From an uncultured Ruficoccus sp. (GTDB lineage: Bacteria > Verrucomicrobiota > Verrucomicrobiia > Opitutales > Cerasicoccaceae), in assembly GCA_965140785.1 (NCBI GenBank), contig OZ223510.1:160001-224000 (forward strand): a stretch of DNA of 64,000 bases, written 5' to 3'. The notes beneath the pieces were generated by a model. The model was not told the DNA's origin. It made no database searches and was given only the letters and a program-made list of their open reading frames with translations. Made by a program: the position numbers and the translations under genes. Positions 61,417-64,000 of this stretch are shown in pieces. Numbering within the stretch: the stretch's first letter is position 1; the number at the start of each line of letters is the position of its first letter.

Positions 61417-62862
61417 TCAGGCTTCCTTGAACTGGGTGACGAGCGAGGTGATGGAGGCCTTGGCATCACCATAGAGCATGCGGGTATTCGGGCGCAGGAA
61501 GAGCTCGTTTTGCAGGCCGGAGAAGCCCGCGCCCTTGCCGCGCTTGAGGCAGAAGACCGTCTGGGCCTCGTGGGCGTTGATGATCGGCATGCCGTAAATC
61601 GGGCTGCTCGGGTCATCGGCGGCAGCCGGGTTGACCACGTCGTTGGCCCCGATGACGATAGCCACGTCCACCGTGCTCATGGTCGGGTTGACATCGTCCA
61701 TTTCAGCCAGTTGCTCGTAGGGCACATCGGCCTCGGCCAGCAGGACGTTCATGTGGCCGGGCATGCGGCCCGCCACCGGATGGATGGCGAAGCGGACCTC
61801 GGCGCCGTTGGCCTCAAGCAGTTCGCCCAGTTCCTTGACGGCGTGCTGCGCCTGCGCCACGGCCATGCCGTAGCCAGGGATGAAGACCACGTTGCGGGCG
61901 GCTTCGAGCACGTAATAGGCGTCCTCGGCGCTGATCGGCTTGAGCTCGCCCTCGGACTGGCCGGAGGCCGCCTGGACAGTCGAGCCGAAGCCGGAAAAGA
62001 GCACGTTGGTCAGGGTGCGGTTCATGGCCTTGCACATGATCACGGTCAGGATCAGACCCGAGGCCCCGACCAAGCAGCCCGCCACGATGAGCACGTTGTT
62101 CTCGATAACAAAGCCCGCCGCGCTCGCAGCCAGGCCGGAGCAGCTATTGAGCAAGGAAATGACCACCGGCATGTCGCCGCCGCCGATGGGCATGACGGCG
62201 AGAACCCCAAGCACGAGCGAAAGGAGGATGATCAGGATGATCATGGTCGTGCCAAGACCACCGGAGGGGTGGAGGGCGAAGATCACCGTGCACACCACGA
62301 TGGCCGCGGCGATGGCAGCGTTGACGGCCTTCTGGCCGCCGAACAGGGTGGGGCGGCCAGAAAGCTTGCCGGAGAGCTTGCCCCAGGCATAGACGCTGCC
62401 GGTAAAGGTGACGCCGCCGATGAGAATGGCCAGGGCGGTGACGGAGGCGGTGAAACCGCTCATACCGACAGCGATATCCATCCCCGAGCTGTCAACGACC
62501 TGCTCCACGAAGTCCGCCGACTGTCCAGCGCTCACGCGGGCGTACTCAGCCCAGCCGACGAGAAGGCTGGCCAGCCCGCCGAAGCCGTTGAAGAGCGCCA
62601 CCAGTTCGGGCATGGAGGTCATCTTGACAATGCGGGCGGCGATGACGCCGATCAAGCTGCCAACAATGAGCCCAGCGATGATCAACTGATAACTGATTAT
62701 GTTCCGGTCGAAAAGGGTGACGACTACGGCGATGAGCATGCCGAGCGCGGAGAGGCGGTTGCCCTTGCGCGCGGTTGAGGCCGAGCCGAGCATTTTAATG
62801 CCGAAAATGAAAATGACCGCCGCCGCAATGTAGGCGAGGTTGATGAGCATCTGGGTTTCCAT
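61417..62862 (-). CDS. pntB: NAD(P) transhydrogenase subunit beta
   Basis: MTSMPELVALFNG, IGGGDMPVVISLLNS, PGYGMAVAQAQ, HPVAGRMPGHMNVLLAEA. Confidence 0.97.
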   Translation of the reverse strand: METQMLINLAYIAAAVIFIFGIKMLGSASTARKGNRLSALGMLIAVVVTLFDRNIISYQLIIAGLIVGSLIGVIAARIVKMTSMPELVALFNGFGGLASLLVGWAEYARVSAGQSADFVEQVVDSSGMDIAVGMSGFTASVTALAILIGGVTFTGSVYAWGKLSGKLSGRPTLFGGQKAVNAAIAAAIVVCTVIFALHPSGGLGTTMIILIILLSLVLGVLAVMPIGGGDMPVVISLLNSCSGLAASAAGFVIENNVLIVAGCLVGASGLILTVIMCKAMNRTLTNVLFSGFGSTVQAASGQSEGELKPISAEDAYYVLEAARNVVFIPGYGMAVAQAQHAVKELGELLEANGAEVRFAIHPVAGRMPGHMNVLLAEADVPYEQLAEMDDVNPTMSTVDVAIVIGANDVVNPAAADDPSSPIYGMPIINAHEAQTVFCLKRGKGAGFSGLQNELFLRPNTRMLYGDAKASITSLVTQFKEA

Positions 62863-62896
62863 GGTGTGCGTGCGCTAAACGGTTCGTGCCAGTGGG

Positions 62897-63196
62897 TTAG
62901 TCGGCCTTGGGCTTGGAGGCGTCTTTCTTTTTGAACATGCCGAGCATGCGGTCGGTGACGAGGTAGCCGCCGACCACGTTGATGGCCGCCAGCACGACCG
63001 CGGCGAAGCCGAGCCAGGCCGAGAGCGTGCCGGTCGTCTCACCGGCGGCTATGAGCGCGCCCACGATGGTGATGCCGGAGATCGCGTTGGAGCCCGACAT
63101 GAGCGGCGTGTGCAGTTGCGAGGGGACCTTACTGATCAGCTCAAAGCCGAGGAAGGCCGCCAGCACGAAGATGAAGACGAGGAGTACCAGATCCAT
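62897..63196 (-). CDS. pntA: NAD(P) transhydrogenase subunit alpha, membrane part 2
   Basis: KVPSQLHTPLMSGSNAISG, NVVGGYLVTDRMLGMF; start at MDLVLL. Confidence 0.93.
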   Translation of the reverse strand: MDLVLLVFIFVLAAFLGFELISKVPSQLHTPLMSGSNAISGITIVGALIAAGETTGTLSAWLGFAAVVLAAINVVGGYLVTDRMLGMFKKKDASKPKAD

Positions 63197-63206
63197 GGTG
63201 TCGGAG

Positions 63207-63246
63207 GTTTGAGAGTTTAAAAGTTTGAAGGTTTGAGCGTTCGCGG
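63207..63246. repeat. Degenerate 8-bp tandem repeat in the pntA intergenic region
   Basis: gtttgaga gtttaaaa gtttgaag gtttgagc gttcgcgg. Confidence 0.55.
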
Positions 63247-63278
63247 AGGCGGTGTGTAGCGAAATTCTCGATACGCGC

Positions 63279-64000
<722 letters not shown>

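Overview
This is a bacterial chromosome segment. The PEP-CTERM proteins, several LacI regulators of the Opitutae type, and the GYF/DUF5362 and TM2 genes point to Verrucomicrobiota, probably Opitutia (inference). About 1-13.4 kb is an accessory carbohydrate locus with visibly weaker GC3 bias. It holds GH36, LacI, a hydroxyacid dehydrogenase, GH9, DUF4380, a PEP-CTERM gene and a secreted orphan, plus two decayed IS5 copies and a 14-bp operator-like motif seen four times. About 13.5-30 kb is mostly core genes: GntR-nth, clpB, psd, a frameshifted mscS, a cNMP/CBS/DUF294 + DEDDh exonuclease pair, a radical SAM gene, and AraC with two sugar oxidoreductases. At 30.4-39 kb a putative porin is followed by a 2399-aa secreted protein with two different metallophosphoesterase domains. 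At 39-55 kb are araBAD with a divergent LacI, an unannotated LacI pseudogene and a second LacI/PEP-CTERM/CAZyme locus. At 56-64 kb are ilvN, ilvC, hemC, cobA-hemD, DUF481 and pntAB. I recognised no rRNA, tRNA, CRISPR array, prophage, reverse transcriptase or known defence system. The best leads are (i) two LacI regulons in which a PEP-CTERM surface gene shares an operator with neighbouring catabolic genes, (ii) the giant two-phosphatase surface protein with its porin, and (iii) a DUF294 nucleotidyltransferase that has lost its catalytic motif. All family calls come from motif recognition by eye; no database search was run.
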